This document shows positions 21,885-31,804 of a stretch of 64,000 bases of DNA, one piece after another; position 1 is the stretch's first letter, and the number at the start of each line of letters is the position of its first letter. Source of the stretch: Candidatus Levybacteria bacterium CG2_30_37_29 (GTDB lineage Bacteria > Patescibacteriota > Microgenomatia > Levybacterales > GWA1-39-11). The translations under genes and the position numbers were made by a program. The stretch spans positions 66,657 through 130,656 of the forward strand of contig MNYS01000008.1 of assembly GCA_001873215.1 (NCBI GenBank). The letters are read 5' to 3'. Below the pieces are notes generated by a model, which saw only the letters and a list, made by a program, of their open reading frames with translations, was not told the origin of the DNA and did no database searches.

Positions 21885-23588
21885 TTAAGCCAAATGGTTT
21901 CGCCTGACGCGTCTTATTTGGAGATTTATTTCCTCGCCTGATATTCCAAACCGTTCCAAAACTTCTCCGCCAATTCTAAGCCCTGCTTCAAGTTCGGGGA
22001 TAATAATTGAGTTAACACCCATATTAATTAAGTCGTACCGATCGTCTTCTATGTGCGAACGGCAGATAACTGAAAGCTTTGGATTTAATTTTATCGCAGA
22101 CTTAATAACTCTTTTTTGAGAAAAACTGTCAGGTACCGCGACAACCAATACTCTTGCATTTTTAATAAAACCAGACTTTAATACATCATCATCTGTCGGA
22201 TCTCCATAAATTGCAAACTTTTTTATTCCCGTCAATTCATCAATTATTTTTCTATTAAAATCTATTACTACGTATGGAATATGTGCTACATCAAGTAAAC
22301 TGCGAACTTGCTTCCCTACTCTTCCGTGCCCGCAAATAACTACATGGTCAACTAAATTCTCTTCGGCAAATCCCTTATAATATCCGCTTTCCTCGTTAAT
22401 AAATTTTTTTAACAGCCCTGTTTTTGAAAGTCTTTCCGTAATTTTTCGCAAATTTCCGGTAAAAAACGGAATATAAAGAAGTGAAAGTATAAATACCGAA
22501 AGAAGAAAATAATATTGATCAGGTTTTATAAAAGCACCAAGGAAAGCAATTTGACCAATAATTGGAGCAAATTCACCCGTATTTGAAATGTATGAAGAAA
22601 TGAATACCGAAGACGATGGCGAAAAGTGTGAAAACCTAAGAATTACGTATGTAATAAACATTTTTAATCCTACTACAATAAGGGAAACAATTAAAAGAAG
22701 AGGAATATGAGACAAAAAATAGTTGAAATTTAAAAGCATTCCTGTGGTTACAAAAAACATCACCAGCAAAACATCTCTAAACGGTCTAATTTCTGAAAGA
22801 GGAGCCATATTTTTCCCTTGCTCTGAAATAAGTACTCCTGCAAGAAAAGCGGCTATGCTTTGTGGAAGACCAGCTGTTTCAAGCGCGCCAATAGATACAG
22901 CTGCAATAAATATTGTTGCAAGGATTGTAAGCTCATGGCTTGGATATCGGAATACAAGACTTAGAACGCGTGAAAGAAAAAGCTTGCTAAATAAAAGTAT
23001 TAAAACGAAAATAATAAGCGGCTTAACAGAAAATGCCAAAAACTGCAAAAGTTGACCTGTGTCTACGGCATTGTGAGAAAAAAGTAGTGGAACAAAAAAA
23101 ATTGTAGGGATAACAAACATATCCTGAACAAGAAGTATTATAAGAATATTATTTCCAGGAAAATTTGAAAGCATTCCTTTTTCTTCAAGAAGCTTCATAA
23201 CAACCGCGGTTGATGAAAAAGAAAAGATAATAGAAAACAAAAGTGATACTTGTATATTCTCTCCTGTAGCCAAAAATAGCGGAATGAAAATAAGTGTTGT
23301 AAGTAATACCTGAGCTACACCAACCAAAAGTATCCGTTTGCTGGTTTTTTTAATTGAATCAAGCGAAATCTCAAATCCTAATGTAAAAAGAAGAAGCGAA
23401 ACACCAATTTGGGAAAAATCAACAAGAGACGCATATGAATGGAAAATATTTCTTCCAAGAGCGCCAAAAATAACACCGCTTACAATATATCCAAGTACTG
23501 GTGGAAATTTTAAGGAGCGTGCGATAAATCCACCAATAAAAGCTGCTGTTATAATAAGCAATAACTCACCCAAAAAACTACTAGGCAT
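21885..23588 (-). CDS. Kef-type K+/H+ antiporter (CPA2) with C-terminal RCK/TrkA-N domain
   Basis: Roughly 12 TM helices, then a Rossmann segment HVVICGHGRVGKQVRSLL. Confidence 0.8.
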   Translation of the reverse strand: MPSSFLGELLLIITAAFIGGFIARSLKFPPVLGYIVSGVIFGALGRNIFHSYASLVDFSQIGVSLLLFTLGFEISLDSIKKTSKRILLVGVAQVLLTTLIFIPLFLATGENIQVSLLFSIIFSFSSTAVVMKLLEEKGMLSNFPGNNILIILLVQDMFVIPTIFFVPLLFSHNAVDTGQLLQFLAFSVKPLIIFVLILLFSKLFLSRVLSLVFRYPSHELTILATIFIAAVSIGALETAGLPQSIAAFLAGVLISEQGKNMAPLSEIRPFRDVLLVMFFVTTGMLLNFNYFLSHIPLLLIVSLIVVGLKMFITYVILRFSHFSPSSSVFISSYISNTGEFAPIIGQIAFLGAFIKPDQYYFLLSVFILSLLYIPFFTGNLRKITERLSKTGLLKKFINEESGYYKGFAEENLVDHVVICGHGRVGKQVRSLLDVAHIPYVVIDFNRKIIDELTGIKKFAIYGDPTDDDVLKSGFIKNARVLVVAVPDSFSQKRVIKSAIKLNPKLSVICRSHIEDDRYDLINMGVNSIIIPELEAGLRIGGEVLERFGISGEEINLQIRRVRRNHLA

Positions 23589-23597
23589 ATGATAAGT

Positions 23598-24329
23598 TTA
23601 GATAAGACTGTCAATAAAATCAACTAAATCCGCAGGAAGAGGCGATGTCAAATCTAATATCTTGCCTGTTCTTGGATGAATAAAATAAATTTTTGACGCA
23701 TGAAGAAAATGCCGCTTTAATATTTTTCTATCTTTTTTACTTGTTTTGCGTCCCGCATATAAAGCATCTGAAACAATAGGAAATCCAATATGTTGCATAT
23801 GCACTCTAATTTGGTGTGTTCTGCCCGTTTTTGGGTATAATTCGACCAATGAAAAAATTTCGTTTTGTCTATCTGTATTGCTTTTTTTTGTTTCTAAAAC
23901 AAGATAGTTTGTCTGCGATTCTCTTCCCTGTGCATAAATTCCAAATCTTGTTCTATTCCACGGAAGTCTTCCTATCGGAACATTTATTTCGCCTGTTTTT
24001 GGTATTACGTCACCGTGAACAAGAGCTATGTATGTTTTTTTTACTTCGTGTGATTTAAATTGTTTCTGTAGATTTTCAAAACTTTCTTGATTTTTTGCAA
24101 TAATTAAAATTCCAGATGTCTCTTTATCGAGCCTGTGGACAATACCGCTACGTTTCTCAAACTCACTATTCTCTTCTGTAAATATTTTGGGAAACTTATA
24201 TTGTTCTTGAATCCAATCTTGAATTGTCAAAAGATTTTTTGCGGTATCAGAGTTATTTACAATTACTCCTGCAGGTTTTTCAATTACAAGAATATCGTCA
24301 TCTTCAAAAAGAATATTCGGACTAATCAT
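23598..24329 (-). CDS. RluA-family pseudouridine synthase
   Basis: Catalytic HRLDKETSGILIIAKN motif; 243 aa. Confidence 0.85.
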   Translation of the reverse strand: MISPNILFEDDDILVIEKPAGVIVNNSDTAKNLLTIQDWIQEQYKFPKIFTEENSEFEKRSGIVHRLDKETSGILIIAKNQESFENLQKQFKSHEVKKTYIALVHGDVIPKTGEINVPIGRLPWNRTRFGIYAQGRESQTNYLVLETKKSNTDRQNEIFSLVELYPKTGRTHQIRVHMQHIGFPIVSDALYAGRKTSKKDRKILKRHFLHASKIYFIHPRTGKILDLTSPLPADLVDFIDSLI

Positions 24330-25080
24330 TTTTATTTAAATGCTTATTCTGATTCAAAAAATAAAACGCAATAGAAAAAATTGCGGTACAAATACTTATC
24401 CATTGCACAAGAGTAAACATAACAATAAACGGTTTTGTATGCAAATTAAAATTTATAAGAAAAGAAAAAATCGAAACAAACAAAATAAATAACGCAGAGA
24501 TACTTCCATCTTTTAAGCGATATGTGACATGAGACTTAAGCAAAAAAATAAATAAAATAACTGACAAAATAAAAAATATTGGTACTGTTATTTGCCCAAA
24601 TGAAATTTTTGAACCGAAAATGCTTGCTGTAAAAAGAGGAAAAAAAGAAAGTGAAAAAATATCAAATATGCGAGATATCGCTTTTGTTTTTCTAAAAAGA
24701 AAAAACACTGCAAAAAATCCTCCGATAAAAAAACCAAGAATTGAAAACCCCGGAAGGCGCAAGACATGAATAAAACGCAAGGGAGATATTAAAAAGAATT
24801 GAGAACTTTCTAAAATAAATAAAAGTCTACCTATAATAAATGCTACCAAAAGCGCAATAAACATGTAATCAAATATTAAAGATGCTGAAATGTTTTTACG
24901 AAGTAAGACAAAATCTCTTTTTGAAAGAATAAATAAAATAAAAAACGATAAAACGAGCAATATGAAAAAAGGTATAATCCACATATAATTTGCAAGCCGG
25001 TCTATTGTCCTAACTTTAGCTTGAATAACAAAATTTTGCTTCTTATTATCCCAATTAAAATAATGACTATTCCCATACAA
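24322..25080 (-). CDS. lgt: Prolipoprotein diacylglyceryl transferase-like membrane protein
   Basis: IIGRLLFIL, RLPGFSILGFFIGG...FRKTK and FPLFTASIFG align with the Lgt G-x-R-x-G and HGG-like blocks. An alternative start at 24984 would remove the 79-nt overlap with the upstream MFS gene. Confidence 0.55.
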   Translation of the reverse strand: MYGNSHYFNWDNKKQNFVIQAKVRTIDRLANYMWIIPFFILLVLSFFILFILSKRDFVLLRKNISASLIFDYMFIALLVAFIIGRLLFILESSQFFLISPLRFIHVLRLPGFSILGFFIGGFFAVFFLFRKTKAISRIFDIFSLSFFPLFTASIFGSKISFGQITVPIFFILSVILFIFLLKSHVTYRLKDGSISALFILFVSIFSFLINFNLHTKPFIVMFTLVQWISICTAIFSIAFYFLNQNKHLNKND

Positions 25081-26336
25081 ACAAGGACTGTTCCAACTCC
25101 GAAAATATCTGCCACTCCACCTGCGATAATAATTGGAAAAAGAGAGAATGCTCCAATTAGAGCAAAAAGTAATCCATAAATCTTGGAGCGAAAATTCTCA
25201 GGAACTTTTTCTTGAATAATTGCTTGGCTTGGCACAAAAATTAATGCGTTTGCAATTCCTGCGAAAAAAGCAATAAGAAGTACGAAATGATAAACGTTAA
25301 TTTTTAAAAATCCAGGCAAAAACGGATTTAGAAATTGTACAAAATCCCGAGAAATTATTCTTGAAGTAAGAGGAAATAACAATAATACAATTCCTGAGAT
25401 AAAAACGCCTATTGTCATAATCTTTTGTTTATCCGACTTTTGGAAAATACTTCCGAAAAAAAGTGCTGCGATAATCATACCTAGTGCCGCGGGAGCAAAT
25501 AAAAGTATTGACAAATCCTCTGCCGGAACTTGCAAAATAGTTTTTGCGTATCCAGGAACAAGCGTTGCAAGGATCAAAACGATGACTTGTGAAAATATAA
25601 GAAGAAAAAATGCACTTCCTACTCCACTCTTACTCCTTAAAAGCTTTGCGCTTTCGGAAAACTCATCTCTTATAGATTTTTTAACTTTAAGAACATTGGA
25701 AAAACCCAAAGCATCAACAATATCTCTCTTTTTTAATCGAGGAACATATGGGATAAGTAACGCAAAAAACGCAGCTAGTAAAAATACTCCCGATAAAAAA
25801 AGGAAAGCTCCCGCTCTTCCGAGACCATTAATAACCGGACCTGCTAAAACATACCCAATAAGAATTGACCCAAATAATCCAATTCCAAAAATTGAGTTGG
25901 CGGCGACTAAATATTTTTTTTTCGTCAAATGCGGTATTAATGGCGCTTCTGCAGGAACATAAAATTGTGTTATTACGGATACGACAAGAGTTACAAAATA
26001 AATTACAGGAAGAGAATAAGGTCTAACAAAAAGTATTAGGAGGGCTATACTTCTTGCAAAATTTCCAAACACTAAAATGTTTTTTTTATTTTTTGTATCG
26101 GCAACAACTCCACCAAAAAAACTCAAAAATATCTGTGGGGCAAGTATTGTTAAAACAAGCATGGATACGGCGAAATTTGACGAAGTAATGTAGAAAACCA
26201 AAAAAATGAGGACTATATTTAACATGTTAAAGGCTATCTGCGAAAAGATAACGGACAATGCAAAATATAGATATCCTGTGGACGTAAGTAACCTTACTAT
26301 ATTATTTCTGGAAATCTGTTTATAGATAGTCTTCAT
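25002..26336 (-). CDS. MFS transporter
   Basis: 444 aa with 12 predicted TM helices. Confidence 0.75.
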   Translation of the reverse strand: MKTIYKQISRNNIVRLLTSTGYLYFALSVIFSQIAFNMLNIVLIFLVFYITSSNFAVSMLVLTILAPQIFLSFFGGVVADTKNKKNILVFGNFARSIALLILFVRPYSLPVIYFVTLVVSVITQFYVPAEAPLIPHLTKKKYLVAANSIFGIGLFGSILIGYVLAGPVINGLGRAGAFLFLSGVFLLAAFFALLIPYVPRLKKRDIVDALGFSNVLKVKKSIRDEFSESAKLLRSKSGVGSAFFLLIFSQVIVLILATLVPGYAKTILQVPAEDLSILLFAPAALGMIIAALFFGSIFQKSDKQKIMTIGVFISGIVLLLFPLTSRIISRDFVQFLNPFLPGFLKINVYHFVLLIAFFAGIANALIFVPSQAIIQEKVPENFRSKIYGLLFALIGAFSLFPIIIAGGVADIFGVGTVLVCMGIVIILIGIIRSKILLFKLKLGQ

Positions 26337-26347
26337 GCATTTATCTG

Positions 26348-26902
26348 TTATGCTCTTTTTGTATATCCGCCGTCGCGAGTATCAACAATTATACTATCTC
26401 CTTCTTCTATAAATAATGGTACACGCGTTTTGATACCGTTTTCAAGAGTTGCATCTTTGTAAACATTGCTTGCAGAATTTCCTTTGGTTCCGGGGACCGT
26501 TTCTACTACCTTTATTGTCACTTTTGGGGGAAGAACCAGGTCTATTGGCTCATCTCCAAAAAACTGTAATATTACAGTACCTCCTTCAGAAAGGTATTCT
26601 TGACCCGGAAGATTTGATATAGGAACAGAAAGCTGCTCAAACGTTCTTGGATCCATAAAATATGCCGATACCGAATCTTTATAAAGAAATTGAAATTCCT
26701 TTTTTTCCAGATAAATATCTTTTACGAAAGCTCCGTTTGTATAGCCTTTCTCAGTCGTTGACCCGCTTCTTAAATTGCGAACTTTAACTTTAATATTCGC
26801 GCTTCCTCTCCCCATTTTAATATGCTCAAAAGACACGACTTTAAATATATTGCCGTCCTCTTCAAAAGACACACCGCTTCGTAAATTATTAACTGAAATC
26901 AT
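26348..26902 (-). CDS. efp: Elongation factor P
   Basis: 184 aa. MISVNNLRSGVSFEEDGNIFKVVSFEHIKMGRGSANIKVKVRNL (KOW-like domain) plus OB domains. Confidence 0.9.
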   Translation of the reverse strand: MISVNNLRSGVSFEEDGNIFKVVSFEHIKMGRGSANIKVKVRNLRSGSTTEKGYTNGAFVKDIYLEKKEFQFLYKDSVSAYFMDPRTFEQLSVPISNLPGQEYLSEGGTVILQFFGDEPIDLVLPPKVTIKVVETVPGTKGNSASNVYKDATLENGIKTRVPLFIEEGDSIIVDTRDGGYTKRA

Positions 26903-26913
26903 ATGGTATTATA

Positions 26914-27894
26914 TTATTTTCGCACGACCCGTATGAGTCCGGAACAGGGGACGACCTCCACTCCTTGTTTCTCAATAGCATCAAGAAAAATATTTGCACC
27001 GATTGAATCTGCTGCCATATGTCCTGTATCAATAACATTTATGTGTAATTTCTTAAGTTCTTGAACGGCATCTTCTGGAACATGCATTTCAATTAATGTA
27101 CCGACCCCAGCTTTTGCCATTTCAGTATAAAGTTCTTTTGAAGGATTTGTACCTCCAGTAAAACTTACAACAATTTTTCCGGCCCTCATTTTTTCAGAAC
27201 CCGCAACAATACTTGGTCCTGCTTTACCATATATTGCCTCTGTAAATTCAGGAATTTCATTTATGTAATCCAGAATTTCACCTACTGTTTCAAACGATTT
27301 TTTATCCAAATATTCTTTCATAAAATTGTTTCCGAGATTATCCCAAATCGTATGAATTACAAGAAAAGGAATTTCAAGAAGACGTGCCGCATCGACACCT
27401 TGGCTATGATTTAAGGGACTTATTCCGCGTTTTACTTTGGATTTTCTTTCTTCAAAAAGCGAATGCGCAACATTAACAGGTACTCCTGCTTGGGCATACA
27501 TATCAACCTGAACATCCATTACTTCATGAAGGCTTGCAAGAGCATGTCCACTCGGGTGGTGAGAAACAACCATATCAATTTCTTTTCCTTTTTGAGTAAG
27601 TCTATCTGCAAGAAGCAAATCTGCAACGTCAGCATCGATTCCCGCCATAAGTCGCTTCACTTCTTTTTTTGGATCACCGTATAAAATGCGTGAGTCTGTA
27701 TATGGATTTACAAAATTTTCTTTATCAAAAAATTTTTTTTTCTTCTCGGATAAATCTTTGTACTCTTCTTTTGCTTTTTCAAGAAGTTTTTTTACGGTTA
27801 CTGATCCGCGGGGGTCTGCACTCATTCCCATCTCTATTGCTAAATCATAAATTTCTTGAATTGTCATAGACTCACAGTATATAATAGAAGGCAT
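26914..27894 (-). CDS. NIF3 (YqfO/YbgI) family dinuclear-metal protein
   Basis: MVVSHHP and the C-terminal VIDTGHMAADS correspond to the NIF3 His/Glu metal motifs. Confidence 0.5.
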   Translation of the reverse strand: MPSIIYCESMTIQEIYDLAIEMGMSADPRGSVTVKKLLEKAKEEYKDLSEKKKKFFDKENFVNPYTDSRILYGDPKKEVKRLMAGIDADVADLLLADRLTQKGKEIDMVVSHHPSGHALASLHEVMDVQVDMYAQAGVPVNVAHSLFEERKSKVKRGISPLNHSQGVDAARLLEIPFLVIHTIWDNLGNNFMKEYLDKKSFETVGEILDYINEIPEFTEAIYGKAGPSIVAGSEKMRAGKIVVSFTGGTNPSKELYTEMAKAGVGTLIEMHVPEDAVQELKKLHINVIDTGHMAADSIGANIFLDAIEKQGVEVVPCSGLIRVVRK

Positions 27895-27937
27895 ACTTTT
27901 TCAAGGCAGAATACGCAATTTTGAAGTTTTAAAAAAA

Positions 27938-28023
27938 GGGCAAGTGGCGGAATGGTATACGCGTTAGTCTCAAAAACTAATAGTCGCAAGGCTATGAGGG
28001 TCCGACTCCCTCCTTGCCCACCA
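27938..28023 (+). tRNA. tRNA-Leu (anticodon CAA), type II with long variable arm; CCA encoded
   Basis: By hand: acceptor GGGCAAG/CTTGCCC; anticodon stem TTAGT/ACTAA with loop CTCAAAA; long variable arm; T-arm GAGGG-TCCGACT-CCCTC; discriminator A followed by CCA. The T-loop has C at position 55 instead of U, which is unusual. Confidence 0.8.
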
Positions 28024-28057
28024 GTATCTCATTAATTGTATATACTAAATAAACAAT

Positions 28058-29398
28058 ATGAGAAATTTAATATTACCCGATAAATTTAAGCGAGTCTCTG
28101 TTTTGTCTCTTATCGTTGCAAATACAATTCCGCTTGGTGGGGTTTTATTTTTTGACTGGAATCTTTTTCAAATTATTTTTCTTTACTGGCTTGAAAGTGG
28201 AGTTATTGGGTTCTACAACATATTCAAAATCATAAAAATAAGTGGTTATTTGAGCATACTGTTTGTTCCGGCTTTTATTTTTCATTATGGTGTGTTTATG
28301 TTGGTACATTTGGTATTTATTTTTAGCATATTCACACCTGTTCTAACCTATTCTTCGTTTTTTCCATCATTCAAACTTATCGAACCATATCTTAACAACA
28401 TTTCAATTTCAATTATTGGACTTCTTATAAGCCACGGGGCATCCTTTTTCTCTAATTTCATTGGAAATCAAGAATCTAAAAGGACAAATATTGTAAAACA
28501 AATGGGGGCACCTTATAGCAGAATTATAGTAATGCATCTTACGCTTATTTTTAGCGGTTGGTTAATTCTGATATTTAAGGAACCAATCTTGGGACTTGTA
28601 CTTCTCGTTTTATTAAAAATTGTTATAGACATAACTTTCCATCTAAGAGAACATGCTGCCGAAAAACCAATTGAAGCACCACAAAGTCATTCTTCGCTGT
28701 TTCCTGTAGGTGCTGGATTTTTGCTAGTTTTTTTTATTATCATAGGAATTTACTCAAGAAATATTCAAAACGTTAAGACAAATCTATCGGCACCCACCAT
28801 TATTCCTACAGTTTCTCAAACAAATAAATTGATAAATTTTGCTGATACAAATATGGGAATTTCATTTCAGTACACTTCTAATTGGAAACCTAAATTTAAT
28901 AATATAATTCAAAAATCAGATCTCTGTGATCTACATTCGATTATTCCATCGTCGTATCCAACTCCTGGAGTTAATTTTGCTGAGTGTCAAGCATCTAAAG
29001 CAACTCCTGTTACTTCAATAACTTATTCTAATTATCTGGAACTTTATTTGGAATCTACGGACAATGGCACTAAATCCGCAACTCAAAATATTCGCCTTAG
29101 TTATTACGAAAATCCAGAGAATTTATCCATACAACAGTTTAATTCAAAATATCTAAGCGAAGGAATCGGTGGTGATTCAATAAGTATATGGTCGCCAGAT
29201 TATGAGAAAGTCAGAAATTCCGGTGGAATTGATGGATATTATGATAAAAATCATTACTGCGTCGCAAGATGCCGAATATATGTTTGGGCCGGGCAAAATA
29301 AAATTTTTATTCTTAGATATTCTTTTGTAGATTTATCTACTCAAGAACAAATAGAAGTTTTTCAAAAAATATTTTCTACTTTTAAATTCATAAAGTAA
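28058..29398 (+). CDS. Hypothetical membrane protein with C-terminal extracytoplasmic domain (446 aa)
   Basis: N-terminal ~230 aa polytopic; the C-terminal soluble domain has no recognised motif. Confidence 0.5.
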   Translation: MRNLILPDKFKRVSVLSLIVANTIPLGGVLFFDWNLFQIIFLYWLESGVIGFYNIFKIIKISGYLSILFVPAFIFHYGVFMLVHLVFIFSIFTPVLTYSSFFPSFKLIEPYLNNISISIIGLLISHGASFFSNFIGNQESKRTNIVKQMGAPYSRIIVMHLTLIFSGWLILIFKEPILGLVLLVLLKIVIDITFHLREHAAEKPIEAPQSHSSLFPVGAGFLLVFFIIIGIYSRNIQNVKTNLSAPTIIPTVSQTNKLINFADTNMGISFQYTSNWKPKFNNIIQKSDLCDLHSIIPSSYPTPGVNFAECQASKATPVTSITYSNYLELYLESTDNGTKSATQNIRLSYYENPENLSIQQFNSKYLSEGIGGDSISIWSPDYEKVRNSGGIDGYYDKNHYCVARCRIYVWAGQNKIFILRYSFVDLSTQEQIEVFQKIFSTFKFIK

Positions 29399-29400
29399 CT

Positions 29401-30891
29401 TTATCTAGCAGAATTTGAGAAGATAAAACCGATAACATCCTCTGCGGAATAATTTCCGTTGCCACTATTTTCTATAAGTTTTTTTACCGGTCCCAAATCT
29501 TTACCGAATGTATAAATTGGCGGCTCTCCTGTCTGTCCGTGTCCCGCTGCTACCGCAAGTCCATTGCAAAGACACACTCTATTTACCGCATCTTCAGGTT
29601 TTCCGCCTTTCCTAACGTATGCTTTTTCCGGCTCTGCCGGACAAAGAAAAACATGTTTACCATTCTCGTCAAGCCGGGGCTCAACCAGATATCCCATACT
29701 GCAAACACGTGTTCGTTCTTTATATACTGTGTCTTCCGTTAATGTAGCTTTCAATTGCACAAGCTGAATAGGATATCCTGTCGGGGAAGCTATTGCGCTT
29801 GTCACCACATCCAATTCGTCTTTTTTAATTCTAGCCCGCAGTAAATCCCGTGCGCACGTTGTTAATCCAGATTCATTAGAAAGCGCAAAAACAGATCCTA
29901 CCTGGATACCGGTTGCGCCACTTCTTTTGGCCTCGTTAAGTTTTCCAGCAAATGATCCTGCAAGCCAATATGGTTTTCCCAATTCCATTATCTTACTAAG
30001 ATCAGGTTTATCCCTGTCCCCATAAATCGGCTGGCCTTTATCGTCAACTTCCTTACCTCTTGCGGGAGCATTGTGTCCTCCCGCAGTAGGACCCTCAACA
30101 ACAAAACCGTCAACATCCACAGTGCTGTTAAGTCTCATTGCAAGCGCATGATGCGAAACTATTGCGTAAAAACTCGGCTTCTTAAGCTTTGTTCCCTCTG
30201 GAACAAACTTTTTTGGATCAAGAGTCAATTCAAGTTTTTCTCTTGAACCAATAACATCAAGCTTGTATGAAGCTTCTCTGTTATTTGCAAAATTTTCCAA
30301 TACTTGCGGAATTTGATGAGGAATCCCAGCGCCCACCAATACCGTATCAACTCCAGCCATCATTGCTCCAAGAAGAGTCGAAAGATGCATCAACTGAACT
30401 TTCTCCAAAACATTTATACCGATTGGGCCGTTATGCCCTTCTTTTGCAAGCCAAACTTCTACAAATGCCGCAGCAACAGCAATTTTACTCATCTTATCTT
30501 TTATAGCTTGGTTGCCTGTTGCTAACACTTCTGGCTTAGGTGACAGCTTATATCTTTGTCCGGGCAATTGTTTATCTCCGGGTAAATATTCGTCAAGAAT
30601 TTCTTTTGCTATTAGAGGGTCAAATGCATTAAGAGCGCGGATTGTATTAGTATCATTTTTCTGGAGTCTGTTAATCATCATTATTGGAAGTCCGGTTCCT
30701 GAAACAACACCTAAAACTTTCTTATCTAGCTTTTCACCCGCGATTGCAACAGAACGCGCCAATTCCCAACTAGACACACCAACGCCCATTCCGCCTTGAA
30801 TCAATTCGGGGACAAATTTTTGCTGTGGAGCTTCAATCATGAGAAAACTATAATACAGTTTTTTAACTTTTAAAGCAAGCGGGGGTAACAA
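29401..30891 (-). CDS. NPD-family FMN-dependent oxidoreductase (nitronate monooxygenase / FabK / PfaD-like)
   Basis: GGMGVGVS and VVEGPTAGGHNA motifs. At 496 aa (~480 aa from the internal Met) it is larger than typical FabK. Confidence 0.5.
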   Translation of the reverse strand: MLPPLALKVKKLYYSFLMIEAPQQKFVPELIQGGMGVGVSSWELARSVAIAGEKLDKKVLGVVSGTGLPIMMINRLQKNDTNTIRALNAFDPLIAKEILDEYLPGDKQLPGQRYKLSPKPEVLATGNQAIKDKMSKIAVAAAFVEVWLAKEGHNGPIGINVLEKVQLMHLSTLLGAMMAGVDTVLVGAGIPHQIPQVLENFANNREASYKLDVIGSREKLELTLDPKKFVPEGTKLKKPSFYAIVSHHALAMRLNSTVDVDGFVVEGPTAGGHNAPARGKEVDDKGQPIYGDRDKPDLSKIMELGKPYWLAGSFAGKLNEAKRSGATGIQVGSVFALSNESGLTTCARDLLRARIKKDELDVVTSAIASPTGYPIQLVQLKATLTEDTVYKERTRVCSMGYLVEPRLDENGKHVFLCPAEPEKAYVRKGGKPEDAVNRVCLCNGLAVAAGHGQTGEPPIYTFGKDLGPVKKLIENSGNGNYSAEDVIGFIFSNSAR

Positions 30892-31000
30892 AGCATTAGG
30901 GTTTTTTCATTTTTTCTTATATAACAAAGGGTTGTTAGTTTCATGAAGATATTATACACCGTCTTGTTTTTAAACTCATTTCAAACTAAAATATATTTTT

Positions 31001-31564
31001 ATGAAACAAATCGTAATCGGTCTTGTCGGTCCTATTGCCAGCGGCAAAGGAACAGTTATAAAAATTCTTAAAAAAAAAGGTTTTTTGTCCTCCTCCACTT
31101 CGGACAGAATCCGTGAAGAAATATTGAAACGCGGGCAAGTTGTAACACGCGCAACACTCACTCAAGTTTCAAATGAACTAAGAGAAAAATACGGAGATGG
31201 CATTCTTGCTATCAGAACAGCCCAAATTATTGATGCGTCACCTTCAGAGAAATTCGTCATTGATTCGATAAGAAATCCTGAAGAAATTAATTATTTGAAA
31301 AAAAAATACGGCATGAATGTAATCGCTGTTGTTGCCGGTCAGAAAAAGCGTTATGAACTTTTCTCTCAAAGAATTGTAAACTCAGAACCCATGACTTTTG
31401 AAGAATTCAAACAATTGGATGATAAAGAATTGGAAGGAACGCTTGGAAAACATACACAGAGAGTATCAGACTGCATCAAAATGGCAGATGTCGTGATTCA
31501 AAACGACGGAACACTGGAAGAACTGGAGAAAAAAGTAAACAAACTATTACTATCCTTATTATAA
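31001..31564 (+). CDS. P-loop nucleotide kinase (dephospho-CoA kinase-like)
   Basis: Walker A GLVGPIASGKGTV; C-terminal ADVVIQNDGTLEEL resembles CoaE. Confidence 0.4.
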   Translation: MKQIVIGLVGPIASGKGTVIKILKKKGFLSSSTSDRIREEILKRGQVVTRATLTQVSNELREKYGDGILAIRTAQIIDASPSEKFVIDSIRNPEEINYLKKKYGMNVIAVVAGQKKRYELFSQRIVNSEPMTFEEFKQLDDKELEGTLGKHTQRVSDCIKMADVVIQNDGTLEELEKKVNKLLLSLL

Positions 31565-31602
31565 TGTGCTTGCACTGAGTCCGCCAATCTTGGCGGGCGA
31601 AG

Positions 31603-31627
31603 TGGACCTGCGGGGAATTGAACCCCG
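31603..31627 (-). other. tRNA-derived 3' fragment (T-arm plus acceptor 3' strand), not a complete tRNA
   Basis: Minus strand reads CGGGG-TTCAATT-CCCCG-CAGGTCC-A: a canonical T-arm followed by an acceptor strand that shares AGGTCCA with the adjacent tRNA-Ala. No matching 5' acceptor, D-arm or anticodon arm upstream. Confidence 0.35.
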
Positions 31628-31680
31628 ACTTCCGCAATCCTCCTTCGCTAAAGCTTCGGACGGACGCTGTGCGAATTCTG

Positions 31681-31751
31681 TGGACCTAGCCAGAATCGAA
31701 CTGGCGTCTTAGCAATGCGAATGCTATGTTCTACCACTGAACCATAGGCCC
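31681..31751 (-). tRNA. tRNA-Ala (anticodon CGC), no encoded CCA
   Basis: By hand: GGGCCTA-TG-GTTC-AGTGGTA-GAAC-A-TAGCA-TTCGCAT-TGCTA-AGAC-GCCAG-TTCGATT-CTGGC-TAGGTCC-A. The G3:U70 pair is the Ala identity element. Confidence 0.8.
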
Positions 31752-31804
31752 ATTCTGTGCCTTGGTTCGGGGGCAAGGTTTCCTTACCACTGAACCATAG
31801 GCCC
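31752..31804 (-). pseudogene. Truncated 5' tRNA copy (acceptor, D-arm and a degenerate anticodon arm), directly upstream of tRNA-Ala
   Basis: GGGCCTATGGTTCAGTGGTA is identical to the first 20 nt of tRNA-Ala; the sequence then diverges. It has a 9-nt anticodon loop and no T-arm. Confidence 0.4.

Noticed and set aside
17692-31579. Exact 14-mer gtgcttgcactgag shared between the 1-kb noncoding gap (17692-17705) and the tRNA-Ala locus (31566-31579)
   Set aside because: In 64 kb on both strands, several exact 14-mer coincidences are expected by chance. There is no extended similarity around either copy.
31603-31680. A second complete tRNA downstream of tRNA-Ala
   Set aside because: Only the T-arm and 3' acceptor strand are canonical. 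There is no complementary 5' acceptor strand, the putative anticodon loop is AGGAGGA (no U33), and the stem is mismatched. I therefore called it a tRNA-derived fragment.
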